A stretch of DNA of 64,000 bases from Nitrosopumilaceae archaeon (GCA_965207375.1 OZ242274.1:832001-896000); one strand, 5' to 3'; counted from the first letter of the stretch, positions 1 to 10,282 are shown. The notes: a model not told the origin generated them from the sequence alone. Made by a program: numbers and translations.

Positions 1-153
1 TTTCATATTTTCGCTATGAACTGCAATTATACTTTTACTACATGCTATCACTATTTCTCTGGTATTTTTAATCAAAAATTCCCGGGCATCTTGTGTTTTG
101 GCAAGGGATTTTGATATTTTATCTAGCGACGTTTTTACATTTTTTATCGTCAT
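1..153 (-). CDS. Translin/Trax-like RNA-binding protein, 5' part (runs off window start)
   Basis: Hand translation from ATG at 153: MTIKNVKTSLDKISKSLAKTQDAREFLIKNTREIVIACSKSIIAVH, resembling the archaeal translin N-terminus. Not in the ORF track. Confidence 0.65.
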   Translation of the reverse strand, partial: MTIKNVKTSLDKISKSLAKTQDAREFLIKNTREIVIACSKSIIAVHSENMK

Positions 154-232
154 GATAACTCTTACCTTGAATCTAGGTTAAAGCCGTTTGCCATCCCAAA
201 GCTCTTATTTTAGATATTACTCTCTCCAAACT

Positions 233-880
233 ATGGAGATTACAGTCGATCAAATGTATCAAATTGAAAACAGAGGTCATGAAATGGGATTTTTAAAAAA
301 ATTCATGATGGAAAATGCTGGTGCCTCAGCAGTTAGAAGATTATTGCAAAAGATGGGTGATGCTTCAGGAAAGCAAATTTTAATTTTTGCAGGAACCGGC
401 AATAACGGAGGAGACGGCCTAGTAATGGCTCGACATCTTGCAGGATATGGAGCATGTGTAACTGTGAAATTATTGGGCACCGTTGATAAAATCAAAACCA
501 AAGAAAGCAACTGGAATTGGTCCATATTAAAAAAGATGCCTTCTGTTACATTGCTTACAGACAATGAGTTTGAATTTGATTTTACTCCTGATGTAATTGT
601 TGATGCAATGCTTGGAACCGGAATATCTGGCAATGTGCGCGGATTATACGCATCTGCAATCAAATATCTCAATGATGCTGACTGTTTGAAATTTGCAGTC
701 GATGTTCCCTCTGGATTGGATCCTCAAACAGGCAAGACTGCCAATATGGCTGCAAAATGTGATTTGACTGTTACCTTTCATAAAATGAAACAAGGAATTC
801 CAAAAAGAAGAGATCTCACAGGAGATCTATACACAGAAAAAATCGGTATACCCGTAGAGGCTGAGGAGGGAATTCTTTGA
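233..880 (+). CDS. nnrE: NAD(P)H-hydrate epimerase (YjeF N-terminal domain)
   Basis: MENAG, GTGNNGGDG, DAMLGTG and VDVPSG motifs. ATG at 233 preferred over TTG at 188. Confidence 0.9.
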   Translation: MEITVDQMYQIENRGHEMGFLKKFMMENAGASAVRRLLQKMGDASGKQILIFAGTGNNGGDGLVMARHLAGYGACVTVKLLGTVDKIKTKESNWNWSILKKMPSVTLLTDNEFEFDFTPDVIVDAMLGTGISGNVRGLYASAIKYLNDADCLKFAVDVPSGLDPQTGKTANMAAKCDLTVTFHKMKQGIPKRRDLTGDLYTEKIGIPVEAEEGIL

Positions 881-1485
881 AGGTATATCAAATACCTGTA
901 GGTGACATGCAAAATTTTACCTATGTTGTAGAAGACGAGCAAACCTCAGAATCTCTAGTGATAGATCCTTCCTGGGATTTGGAAAAAATCGAACAAGTCG
1001 TGGTTAGAAACAATCTAGATGTAAAGTATATTGTAAACACCCATCATCACTTTGATCATACTATAGGCAACGAGGCCCTCTCAAAATCTTTAGGACTCAA
1101 AATAATACAACACGAAAAATCTGAACTTACACATGATATTTCAGTTGCCAACGGTGACAAGATTGAATTTGGCAAATCCACGCTTGTAGTTTATCATACT
1201 CCAGGACATTCTAAAGACAGCATGTGCTTGTTAGGTGATGGAAAACTGTTTTCTGGTGATACACTATTTGTGGGAAACTGTGGCCGCGTTGATCTTCCAG
1301 GTGGCAGTGCAAGAGAACTGTACTACAGTCTTTTTGATGTCGTGTACAATCTAGATGACGCTCTGCAGATCTTTCCAGGTCATGATTATGGCTCTACTCC
1401 GACATCTACTATAGCAAAGGAAAAACAAACCAATTTTGTATTACAAAAACGCAGTGAAGATGACTTTGTTCAAATGATGAGATAA
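877..1485 (+). CDS. MBL-fold metallo-hydrolase (glyoxalase II-like)
   Basis: THHHFDH, HTPGHS, FSGDTLF and PGHDY motifs. Confidence 0.9.
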   Translation: MKVYQIPVGDMQNFTYVVEDEQTSESLVIDPSWDLEKIEQVVVRNNLDVKYIVNTHHHFDHTIGNEALSKSLGLKIIQHEKSELTHDISVANGDKIEFGKSTLVVYHTPGHSKDSMCLLGDGKLFSGDTLFVGNCGRVDLPGGSARELYYSLFDVVYNLDDALQIFPGHDYGSTPTSTIAKEKQTNFVLQKRSEDDFVQMMR

Positions 1486-2546
1486 TGACAGCTGATATAG
1501 AAATTTATCTCAATGTAGCACAAGGCAGGCAATTCCTTGACTCTGTTCGAAAAAAAAGATTCTCTTTTGCACTTGTGATATCTCATACTGAGACAAGCCA
1601 AATCCCAGGTATTACATCTGCAGGAGCAGATCCGGACATGATGAAATTTACGCCTGCAGCAGATGCAGAATTTTTACACTATGGCAGCTGTCTGTGCATT
1701 GATACGATTCCACTTACTCCGGATGGAATTCCAACTCCTGCATTGCTTACCAAGGTGGCCCTAGAGTCTGCAAGCATTCCACATGTCATAATTAACGCAG
1801 GCTGCAAAATTCCACCAAAGATTCCATATATTGCCACCGACCTGCCATTTGGGAAAAACATTGCCAACGAGGATGCCCTAAGCCACCAAGACGTCATACA
1901 TGCAGTTGATTTTGGAAGAATCGTAGGAAGGACGCTTGCCTCTTTGACTGATTGTCTGATAATTGGCGAAAGTCTTCCCGGTGGGACCACTACGGCGCTT
2001 GCCACTCTGAGGGGTCTTGGCTATGATGCTCGAGTCAGCTCTAGCTCCTCAAAAAACCCCACAGATCTCAAAAATTCTATTGTCAAACAAGCATCATCGC
2101 GTCTTGTTGACAAGGAACCATTTTCAATTGTTGCCAACATGGGTGATCCGATGATTCCATTTATTGCCGCAATGATAAGTACTGCATCCCAAATTTCCAA
2201 GGTATTGCTGGCAGGAGGAACCCAGATGGCAGCAGTGCTTGCATTTGCAAAAACATTGGGATATCATAAAAGATCGGTGGCAGTTGGAACCACCTCGTAT
2301 GTAATAGATGACAAGTCTGCCAATTTTCTTGAATTAATAAAACAAATTGACGATGTTGCAGTCTTTGGCGTAAACCCCAAACTGTCAGAATCCAAAATCT
2401 CCGGACTGCGGGCGTTTTCTGAAGGTGCAGTCAAAGAGGGTGCAGGCGCAGGTGGCTGCATCATATCTGCAATGTTAAGAGCAGAACTAGGCACAAGTCA
2501 GCTGCGTGCAAACCTTGAAAGCGAGTACAAACGAATCTTTACTTGA
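1485..2546 (+). CDS. cobT: Archaeal nicotinate-nucleotide:dimethylbenzimidazole phosphoribosyltransferase (CobT/TIGR00303-like)
   Basis: IPGITSAG, GESLPGGTTTA, LAGGTQM and VKEGAGAGG motifs. Confidence 0.85.
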   Translation: MTADIEIYLNVAQGRQFLDSVRKKRFSFALVISHTETSQIPGITSAGADPDMMKFTPAADAEFLHYGSCLCIDTIPLTPDGIPTPALLTKVALESASIPHVIINAGCKIPPKIPYIATDLPFGKNIANEDALSHQDVIHAVDFGRIVGRTLASLTDCLIIGESLPGGTTTALATLRGLGYDARVSSSSSKNPTDLKNSIVKQASSRLVDKEPFSIVANMGDPMIPFIAAMISTASQISKVLLAGGTQMAAVLAFAKTLGYHKRSVAVGTTSYVIDDKSANFLELIKQIDDVAVFGVNPKLSESKISGLRAFSEGAVKEGAGAGGCIISAMLRAELGTSQLRANLESEYKRIFT

Positions 2547-4296
2547 CAGTTACTGATTTTGCAAGATTTCTCGGATAGTCTGGATCCGTATCCTTTTCTA
2601 GTGCTGCATAATATGCAAGAAGCTGAATTGGAATTACCTCTATTAGGGGATACATTGACTCTGTAATTTCTGGCACTTTTATCCAATAGTCATAAACGTC
2701 GCTTTGTTTATCTGAAATCCCGATAATTTTTGCCCCCCTTGCCTTGATTTGGCGGGCACTAGTCAGGGTGTCTTGATAAGTAGAATCATTTGGATTAAGA
2801 ATTATAACAAACACGCTTTCATCCATCAATGCTAATGGTCCATGCTTTAGCTCCCCACCTGGTATTCCTTCTGCATGTATGTATGTTAATTCCTTTAGTT
2901 TTAATGCTGATTCTGTAGCAATCGGATAATGAATACCTCTTCCCAAAACATAAATGTCAGAAATCTCTTTTAGCTCCTTTACCAATTTTTTAATTGCAGC
3001 ATGCTCCTCTAAAATCTCTGAAATACAGTCTGAGGCTTTGGCAAAGTCTAGCTTCATTATTCCCCCTGATAACCTGTCTGCAATTTTGTAAATTATGGAT
3101 AATTGTGAGGTAAAGCTTTTTGTGGCAGCCACGCCGATTTCTGGGCCGCAGCTCATTCCTATTTTTATTGATGACTCGTGTGCAAGCGATGATGTAGTCA
3201 GGTTGATTATGGAAATTATTTTTGCATTTTGCTGCTTTGCAATTTTTACTGCTTCTAAAACATCTGCACTTTCCCCACTTTGAGACACTGCAATCAAAAT
3301 GGAATTTGATTCGATAGTTTCTGGAAAATGAGGCAATTCGCTTGATATTACGGGCTCGATTTTGATCTTGGCGTATTTGGAAATTATATATTTTGCTATC
3401 AGTGCTGCATTGTAGCTTGTACCGCTTCCTGTAATGTAGACATTTTTTGCATGACGGATATAGTCAACGGTTTTATCAATTGAATCTAAATCTTTCTCAC
3501 CTGCACTTAGAATCGTTTGTGGCTGCTCTGAAATCTCCTTTATTGTATAGTGTGCATAGTCGCCCTTGTATGCATCTGCAAATTCCTTTGATACCTTTGT
3601 AATTGGAAACTTTGTTTTTTCTCCGTTAAAATCAAAGATTTGCAAATTCCCGTCAATTATGACAAAATTTCCGTTTTCAATGTATATTACATCGTCTGTT
3701 CTTTCAATGAATCCCAAGACATCGCTTGATAAAAAGTAATTATCATTTTCAATTCCTACTATTAGTGGTTCATGGAATCTTGCAGCAGCAAGTACCCCAC
3801 TTTCAAACATGACTACAAATGAATAGTGACCCTTAAGCTCTGAAAGAGTTGCAATTAACGCCTCCTTTTCATTATGATTTTTTTCATAGTTGTATTGGAT
3901 TAAATTTGAAATTATCTCTGTGTCTGTTTGACTTTGAAATGTATATCCTAAATCTTGCAACTTTTTTTTAAGCTCCTCAAAGTTTTCAATAATCCCATTG
4001 TGCACTATTGCAATTTTTCCAGAGTTGCTTTGGTGCGGATGTGCATTTGTCTGCGTTACCTTTCCATGTGTTGCCCATCTGGTGTGACCGATTCCTATTT
4101 TTCCATCCATCTGATCTAATCTTGCTGATGAATTTACCTCCTCCACCTTTCCGATCCCCTTTCTTAGTGAAATTTCTGAATCTTTTGCAGTTGCAACTCC
4201 TACGCTGTCATAGCCCCTGTACTCCATCCTCCTGAGGCCCTTGACCAAAATGGGAGCCGCATCCTCCTTACCATAAAATCCAATAATTGAGCACAT
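2539..4296 (-). CDS. glmS: Glutamine--fructose-6-phosphate aminotransferase
   Basis: N-terminal Cys, EYRGYDS, GHTRWATHG, SQSGE, ELKHGP, and C-terminal PRNLAKSVTVK. Confidence 0.97.
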   Translation of the reverse strand: MCSIIGFYGKEDAAPILVKGLRRMEYRGYDSVGVATAKDSEISLRKGIGKVEEVNSSARLDQMDGKIGIGHTRWATHGKVTQTNAHPHQSNSGKIAIVHNGIIENFEELKKKLQDLGYTFQSQTDTEIISNLIQYNYEKNHNEKEALIATLSELKGHYSFVVMFESGVLAAARFHEPLIVGIENDNYFLSSDVLGFIERTDDVIYIENGNFVIIDGNLQIFDFNGEKTKFPITKVSKEFADAYKGDYAHYTIKEISEQPQTILSAGEKDLDSIDKTVDYIRHAKNVYITGSGTSYNAALIAKYIISKYAKIKIEPVISSELPHFPETIESNSILIAVSQSGESADVLEAVKIAKQQNAKIISIINLTTSSLAHESSIKIGMSCGPEIGVAATKSFTSQLSIIYKIADRLSGGIMKLDFAKASDCISEILEEHAAIKKLVKELKEISDIYVLGRGIHYPIATESALKLKELTYIHAEGIPGGELKHGPLALMDESVFVIILNPNDSTYQDTLTSARQIKARGAKIIGISDKQSDVYDYWIKVPEITESMYPLIEVIPIQLLAYYAALEKDTDPDYPRNLAKSVTVK

Positions 4297-4333
4297 GTTG
4301 ATTTGTATTTTGTCTGAATATTTAGAGATAATC

Positions 4334-4894
4334 TTATTTCTCCTGCTTTTGAGTTAAAACCTCAACTTTTTCCTCAGGTTTAGACTCTTTTTGGTCCTGT
4401 TCCAAAATTGCCTGTAGGTTGGAATCAGGTTTTAGTGAAACGTCTTGTTCCTCTTGCAACGCAACTACATATGATGGAATGTCTACAATCCTGTCTTTGA
4501 TCATGATGTGGCCGTGAACAACTGCCTGTCTTGCCTGATACGGCGATTTGAATCCGAACTTTTTCATGACAATTGTTTGCAGTCTTCTTGCCAGCAAATC
4601 TGTAACCTGGAGACTGAGAACATCATCTAATGTTGATTCAGTACTTACTAGGCCAATTCTTGAAAGTGATCTCATCAAAATGGGTTCTTTTTCTTTTCTT
4701 ACGTCCTGACCTAATGCAAGCAATGATCTTGCTTGGTGTCTCACTCTGGAGAGTTCGGTGTGTGCCTTCCACAATTCCTTTTTTGTTTTTAATCCAAATG
4801 TGCCCAATGTTTTTAATTCTTCCATCTTCAAATCATAATTTAGTGGACGCTTTGGTTTTTTCCAAATTTTGCGTGGATATTTAGGATCTCCCAT
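4334..4894 (-). CDS. rps4: 30S ribosomal protein S4
   Basis: MGDPK start and RRLQT...ARQAVVHGHI S4 motif. Confidence 0.96.
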   Translation of the reverse strand: MGDPKYPRKIWKKPKRPLNYDLKMEELKTLGTFGLKTKKELWKAHTELSRVRHQARSLLALGQDVRKEKEPILMRSLSRIGLVSTESTLDDVLSLQVTDLLARRLQTIVMKKFGFKSPYQARQAVVHGHIMIKDRIVDIPSYVVALQEEQDVSLKPDSNLQAILEQDQKESKPEEKVEVLTQKQEK

Positions 4895-4903
4895 GTATAT
4901 CGC

Positions 4904-5455
4904 CTATTCTTTTTTCTCTACAGGAGCAGGTGTTTCTGCTGCTGGTGTGGTTCCAGCAGTTGGTGCTGCAGGCGTTGCAGGACCGCTACTCTTTTGTGGC
5001 ATGACCTTTCCGCCTTTGGCTACTCCTACTGCCCCGCCTTTGCGTCCGGTACATCTGGTTCTTTGCCCTCTGACCTTTAATCCAAACATGTGTCTGTATC
5101 CCCTCCAACTACTTGTGATTCTTTCTCTCTCAATATCGTTTCTAAGTGTAAATGCAATGTCTGATGTTATCAGATGCATGTCTTTTCCGGTCTCGATATC
5201 TTTTTGTCGGTTCAAAAACCATGAAGGAAAGTTTGCCGCCTTTGGATCGGTGATAATTTTTTCAATTGCCTGGACATTTTCATCTGTAAGGTCTCCTATG
5301 TTGGAATTTGGGTTAATTTTTAATGATTCTAAAATTGCATTGGCAAACATTTGACCGATCCCCCTGATTTGGGTCAATCCTAGCAGAATTTTTCTCTCTC
5401 CTAGAATATCGTTTCCAACTATTCTTACAATGTGCCTATATTCTTGTGTACTCAA
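4904..5455 (-). CDS. rps13: 30S ribosomal protein S13
   Basis: [22 protein letters not shown] motif. TTG at 5455 is the likely start. Ala/Pro-rich tail. Confidence 0.95.
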   Translation of the reverse strand: MSTQEYRHIVRIVGNDILGERKILLGLTQIRGIGQMFANAILESLKINPNSNIGDLTDENVQAIEKIITDPKAANFPSWFLNRQKDIETGKDMHLITSDIAFTLRNDIERERITSSWRGYRHMFGLKVRGQRTRCTGRKGGAVGVAKGGKVMPQKSSGPATPAAPTAGTTPAAETPAPVEKKE

Positions 5456-5654
5456 GTATGGGTGATTCTTGATTACCCCGATAAAAACCATGCTAGGCAC
5501 GTATCTGTAAGAGGCTAGGATATATCACGTCTACGCATTCAATTCTAGGTACGATATATACAAAGAGGTAACGTTGAACTTGGCCTATTTTTGTTTGTAT
5601 TTTGATGTAAATTTTGATCTTATTATGGTACATTTCGTTTAGTTGTAGCGTAAA

Positions 5655-5695
5655 AGGCTAGGGTTCGGCGTGACAGGTTTGCGTGAGTCGTGTCT
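5655..5695. repeat. Dispersed ~41-bp intergenic repeat, copy 1 (copy 2 at 19177-19216)
   Basis: aggctagggttcggcgtgacaggtttgcgtgagtcgtgtct versus aggctaga-ttcggcgtgacgagtttacgtaaaccgtgcct: 32/41 identical by hand. Confidence 0.6.
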
Positions 5696-5776
5696 TATCT
5701 AGTCCCAAAAGTAATTCATCCTCCTCCGGTATGGGCTTTGTAAAGATTTTAAATCTGCCAAATTCTTGCTTTTTTC

Positions 5777-6088
5777 ATGGATGGCCCTATAGATCGCCAA
5801 AAGGCAGTAGATATCCTCTTTGATATGAAAAATTCTGAGATTATTGCAGAGCTAGAAGACGGCAAAAAAGACATCTCTTATCTGTCTTCAAAGTCAGGCC
5901 TTTCTGAGAATGAAATATTGCACAATTTATCCTATCTGATAGATACCAAAATTATTCCAAAGTCTGTCTGTGATGGTGTTATTTTCTTATCTGCTGATAG
6001 TGATAAACTGTCTGAGCTTGTAGAATCTGACGGGAATTTTGACGCTGCAATGGACGGTTTAACTAAAATGGACAGCTATCTAAACTAG
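5777..6088 (+). CDS. Small winged-helix-like hypothetical protein
   Basis: 103 aa with an ArsR-like pattern (IIAELEDG...LSSKSGLSENEILHNLSYL). Confidence 0.6.
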   Translation: MDGPIDRQKAVDILFDMKNSEIIAELEDGKKDISYLSSKSGLSENEILHNLSYLIDTKIIPKSVCDGVIFLSADSDKLSELVESDGNFDAAMDGLTKMDSYLN

Positions 6089-6090
6089 CT

Positions 6091-6579
6091 TTATTTTCTT
6101 TTTACTATAGCATAAACTATTACAATTACAATACTGACTAGTCCAACTATTAAAACATAAATTGATACAAATGCTATGCTTCTTTTCAATGCATCTGGTT
6201 CTGGTCCTATATATCCGGCTACAAATGCATCCTCCTCATCTGAATTTGTAATGACTAGTGTGTAGTTTCCTGCCGTATTGACATCAAAGTATCCTTCAAA
6301 TGTTTCTTGATTTGCCATTTGCTGAACTATTTGATTTTCAAACGGATCTATCACTGTGACAAAAATTGAATCCTCTTTTAATTGTAATACATCAACTGCA
6401 AAGATTCCCTGCTCTGATACTTTCATTGCAGTGCTGACTCTGATCTCTTCTCCTGATACAATGATGCCTTCATCTTTGACAAAGTCTTCAAAGATTACCT
6501 GGTTTCCCCACACCGAAAGTGCTAGACCCCCGATAATTAATCCCCCTGCAAGCAAGAACAAGACAGATGATTTTTGCAT
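6091..6579 (-). CDS. Membrane-anchored hypothetical protein
   Basis: N- and C-terminal hydrophobic helices flanking a beta-rich GOLD-like segment (GNYTLVITN). Confidence 0.65.
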   Translation of the reverse strand: MQKSSVLFLLAGGLIIGGLALSVWGNQVIFEDFVKDEGIIVSGEEIRVSTAMKVSEQGIFAVDVLQLKEDSIFVTVIDPFENQIVQQMANQETFEGYFDVNTAGNYTLVITNSDEEDAFVAGYIGPEPDALKRSIAFVSIYVLIVGLVSIVIVIVYAIVKRK

Positions 6580-6630
6580 GTTTTTGTCTTTTAGGTTACA
6601 TCTAAAAACTGTACGTATTTCTTTACTGAT

Positions 6631-6682
6631 TTAGCTGTACCTAAGAAATTTAGTCCTGTCTAAGAAATTTAGCCTAGGCTAA
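6631..6682. promoter_or_regulatory. Three tandem TTAG-N6-CTAA palindromes (DtxR/MntR-type operator array)
   Basis: ttagctgtacctaa 6631-6644, ttagtcctgtctaa 6650-6663 and ttagcctaggctaa 6669-6682, with a 19-bp period, abutting TATA-like ttttaata at 6684-6691. Confidence 0.75.
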
Positions 6683-6712
6683 CTTTTAATATGTCAATGA
6701 TTTGTTTCTCTC

Positions 6713-7747
6713 ATGCAGCGAAACAGGATGTATGTGGCAATCTCATCGATGGCACTAGTTACCGTCCTGTATTTTGTAATGCCTACAATTATAGAGGCCG
6801 AGTCGCCTGCAAAGACATTTGTCACTCATTCAGGCGGCATAATTACCACCTCTGGCCAAGTATTAGATCCGTTGTATACCAGATCTACTGTTGAATTTGA
6901 TCCCATGGAATTTTTACGTGAATTCAGCTATGGACGTGTATCTAAACTAGATGATACAACACTACGTGAATATACTATTGTTGCCAAAGATGATAAAATA
7001 ATGGAGGTAGCTCCGGGCGTATTTTATAATGTGTGGACCTTTAATGGAACAGTTCCGGGACCCACAATACGTGCCACCGAAGGTGATTTGGTCAGAATAC
7101 ATTTTATTAATAACGGCTCCAAGGCGCACACCATGCATTTTCATGGAATACATCCGGCTGAAATGGACGGTGTTTTTGAAATTGTCGGCTCTGGAGGTAG
7201 GTTCACATATGAATTTGAGGCAGGACCTGTAGGAGTTCATCCGTATCACTGCCATGTGATGCCGCTTGAGGAACACATTGTACGCGGTCTGTACGGAGTC
7301 TACATTGTAGATCCAAAACAGGGCCGTCCTGTAGCCGATGAAATGGTGATGGTTCTAAATAGTTTGGACACTGATTTTGACACTGAAAATAATTTTTATG
7401 CTGCAAACACAATTCCGTTTTACTATCAACATCATCCAATTGAAATCAGTACCGATGAATTGATTCGAATTTATGTTGTAAACATGGTCGAGTTTGATCC
7501 CATCAATAACTTTCATCTGCATGGAAATCTGTACCATTACTATCCTACAGGTACAGATACTGTTCCCTCCACCTTTACTGATATGATTACATTGTCTCAA
7601 ACCGAGCGAGGAATAATGGAATTTGAATACGATTTTCCAGGAAAATATCTCTTTCATGCGCACAAGGTAGAGTTTTCTGAAAAGGGATGGGTGGGCCTAT
7701 TTTTAGCTAAAGAAAAAACACAGTTGACATTACAAGATGGAAAATAA
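6713..7747 (+). CDS. Two-domain multicopper oxidase (cupredoxin), exported
   Basis: N-terminal hydrophobic anchor, with HTMHFHG, YHCHV, NFHLHG and FHAH copper motifs. Confidence 0.9.
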   Translation: MQRNRMYVAISSMALVTVLYFVMPTIIEAESPAKTFVTHSGGIITTSGQVLDPLYTRSTVEFDPMEFLREFSYGRVSKLDDTTLREYTIVAKDDKIMEVAPGVFYNVWTFNGTVPGPTIRATEGDLVRIHFINNGSKAHTMHFHGIHPAEMDGVFEIVGSGGRFTYEFEAGPVGVHPYHCHVMPLEEHIVRGLYGVYIVDPKQGRPVADEMVMVLNSLDTDFDTENNFYAANTIPFYYQHHPIEISTDELIRIYVVNMVEFDPINNFHLHGNLYHYYPTGTDTVPSTFTDMITLSQTERGIMEFEYDFPGKYLFHAHKVEFSEKGWVGLFLAKEKTQLTLQDGK

Positions 7748-7755
7748 CACCGGAA

Positions 7756-8919
7756 TTGTCTGAATCCTCTAAAACAAAATTAATTGCAAGCGGCATCATT
7801 CCATTTGTATTTGTTATTTTGATGGTGGCATATATCTTCGGCCCAGGCTCTGATCTGCTTGATTTAGGAGTTGCGCTTCCTGAAATTACCATTGAAAAGA
7901 TTGATTTTGTAGATTCTGAGATACGTGCCACCATTAGAAATACCGGACCTGTTCCAGTCGATGTCGTAATGGCCGATATCAATGACAGGATTCAGCCTGC
8001 TGCCATAGAACCTGACACACATTTGCAGCGATACGAGTCTGCAATTGTTCGAATACCATTTGAATGGAATGAATCCGAACCATATACGGTTGGACTTACC
8101 ATACATGACGGAACCAGATTTGAAAGATCGGTACAGTCTGCTGCTTATGCACTAGAGCCTACCTCGGAGCTTGTTGGCTTTTTTGCAGTCATTGGAACCT
8201 TTGTTGGAATAATACCTGTAATGATTGGTCTGCTCTGGCTGCCTTTTATTAAAAGAATCAGCAAAGACAAGTATAGTTTTTTTCTGGCATTGACTGTAGG
8301 ACTGTTGCTCTTTTTGGGAATTGATGCAATAGAGGAGGCAGTAGAAATTTCCAAAGAAAACCTTGCAGACAGCTTCAACGGTGTACTGTTGATATCTACT
8401 GTTGTGATACTGGCGTTTTTAGGATTGTATTATTCTGGCAAGCGGCTAGTTGAAAAAGCAGGGTCATCAAAGCTTGCAAGTCCTATGGCAGTTGCCCTGA
8501 TGATATCTGTGGGTATTGGACTGCACAATTTTGGCGAGGGCCTAGCTATAGGAGCTGCCTTGGGGCTAGGTTCTATTGCGTTTAGTACGTTTTTGATTGT
8601 AGGATTTGCATTACACAACACCACAGAAGGAATTGCAATAGCAGCTGCTGCCTCTCGCAGCCGTGTCAACTATGCAAAACTTGCAGCATTAGGCATGATT
8701 GCAGGTGCGCCTGCCATTTTTGGCGCATGGCTTGGAGGTTTTGCATATTCTCCGTTTACGTCTGTAATCTTTCTCTCAGTTGGTGCAGGCGCAATATTTC
8801 AAATAATTGTAGTGCTTTTCAAATGGCTGCAAGAGGACAGGAATCTTTCTAGTACATATGTGGCATCTGGCTTTGCAATTGGAATGATTGTGATGTATCT
8901 TACTAGCATTCTAGTCTAG
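7756..8919 (+). CDS. ZIP-family divalent metal transporter with extracellular Ig-like domain
   Basis: GIGLHNFGEG and ALHNTTEG ZIP motifs, multiple transmembrane helices. Confidence 0.9.
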   Translation: MSESSKTKLIASGIIPFVFVILMVAYIFGPGSDLLDLGVALPEITIEKIDFVDSEIRATIRNTGPVPVDVVMADINDRIQPAAIEPDTHLQRYESAIVRIPFEWNESEPYTVGLTIHDGTRFERSVQSAAYALEPTSELVGFFAVIGTFVGIIPVMIGLLWLPFIKRISKDKYSFFLALTVGLLLFLGIDAIEEAVEISKENLADSFNGVLLISTVVILAFLGLYYSGKRLVEKAGSSKLASPMAVALMISVGIGLHNFGEGLAIGAALGLGSIAFSTFLIVGFALHNTTEGIAIAAAASRSRVNYAKLAALGMIAGAPAIFGAWLGGFAYSPFTSVIFLSVGAGAIFQIIVVLFKWLQEDRNLSSTYVASGFAIGMIVMYLTSILV

Positions 8920-8923
8920 ATTC

Positions 8924-10282
8924 TCATATGGGCTCAGAATGAATGGTAATTACTGCATTTTTGAATTGAGATTTTATCTTTATTTCAATCTCTGAGGCAA
9001 TGTCGTGTACCTTTTTTATTGACAGGCTGCCATCAAAGGAGCAATCTATCTCAATCTTTAAAATACTTTTAAAATTTAGGACAACAATTCTGGTTACATC
9101 TTTTATCTCAGAATACTCTTTTAGCAAACTGCGTATTTTTTCCTCCGTATTTTGACTGTCTGTGTGAAAAACCCGTGGAATCTCAACATGGGGTTCCAAA
9201 TGGATGGTTATGTGGTCAACCTCACTTAGTTGGTCTTGTATGCTGTGTTCTACTCTGTCTGCAATTACATGTGCTGCTACCAGATCTATGTCTGCCTCAA
9301 CCATTATGTGCAAATTTACAAAAATCTTTGATTCAGATGTATAGAGGTTGATATTGTGTACGTCTTTTACTCCTCTTACCTTTAATGCAATTTCTTTGAT
9401 TTTTGATTCTTTTGGTACATCCTTCCAATTGGGTTCAAAATGTACGGTAACTGATGCATGGGAAATCTCGTCTTTGATATTGTTTTCCACATTGGTGCTG
9501 ATTTCATGCGCTTTGTCAAAACTAACATCTGCTCTTAACAGAATTGTAGTTTCTGTAAAAATTACATCACCTGACCTTCTCATAAGTACAGACTTTACAT
9601 CCATTACACCTGTTGTGTTTTTTACAATTGTCTTTGTTTTGTTTACCAAATCAGGAGAGATGACATCTGTCAAATCCATTGCCGTCTTGTAAATTAATTT
9701 TATACTTAGAACAGCCAACAGTGCCCCTAGAACCAGTGCAGCAATGAAATCTCCTTGGAAGAATCCAAATGAGGCCAAAACAACTCCACCTATTGCCAAA
9801 AATGTCGAGCCCAAATCCATCAATGCATGATAAAAGTCCGCCTTTAGCGTTGTTCCTCCCATCTTCTTTATGGATTTTCTCAACAGTGCAATTCTGAAAA
9901 TATCTATTCCTATGGTGTAAGCTCCACCAATAATTGCAAATGTACCTAGTATGATTTCAGGTTCAGGATTCTGCAATCTGTTTATTGCCTCATAAATGAA
10001 AAATCCTGCTATGAACAAAATGGCTATTCCGCCAAACAATCCTCCAAGAGATTCAATTTTTCCGTGACCGTAGGTGTGTTCTGCATCAGGAGGCCTCATG
10101 GCCATTTTTGCTGCAAGCAACAGCACTATGGTAACAATGCTGTCTAAAAGTGCGTGAATGCTGTCAGTTACTAGCCCTAGGCTATTTGACCAAAGCCCAA
10201 ATACAAGCTCAACTACAAATGCTGAAAAAATTGCCACTAGTGAAATCTGTAAAACCTTTACTCTGTGGACAAATAGGCTCAA
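8924..10282 (-). CDS. Cation diffusion facilitator with repeated C-terminal dimerisation domains
   Basis: DSIHALLD and HTYGHGKIE motifs. Three repeats end in VHFEP, IHLEP and IHSEP. Confidence 0.9.
   Translation of the reverse strand: MSLFVHRVKVLQISLVAIFSAFVVELVFGLWSNSLGLVTDSIHALLDSIVTIVLLLAAKMAMRPPDAEHTYGHGKIESLGGLFGGIAILFIAGFFIYEAINRLQNPEPEIILGTFAIIGGAYTIGIDIFRIALLRKSIKKMGGTTLKADFYHALMDLGSTFLAIGGVVLASFGFFQGDFIAALVLGALLAVLSIKLIYKTAMDLTDVISPDLVNKTKTIVKNTTGVMDVKSVLMRRSGDVIFTETTILLRADVSFDKAHEISTNVENNIKDEISHASVTVHFEPNWKDVPKESKIKEIALKVRGVKDVHNINLYTSESKIFVNLHIMVEADIDLVAAHVIADRVEHSIQDQLSEVDHITIHLEPHVEIPRVFHTDSQNTEEKIRSLLKEYSEIKDVTRIVVLNFKSILKIEIDCSFDGSLSIKKVHDIASEIEIKIKSQFKNAVITIHSEPI

Noticed and set aside
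5660-5700. ggttcg suggesting a tRNA T-loop
   Set aside because: No cloverleaf could be built. No tRNA gene was found in the window.
6631-6682. Short periodic repeats as a CRISPR array
   Set aside because: The period is only 19 bp with 6-nt variable parts and there are no cas genes. An operator array fits better.
6713-7747. Multicopper protein as nitrite reductase NirK
   Set aside because: It retains HxH motifs in both domains as in two-domain oxidases, and its context is metal transport.
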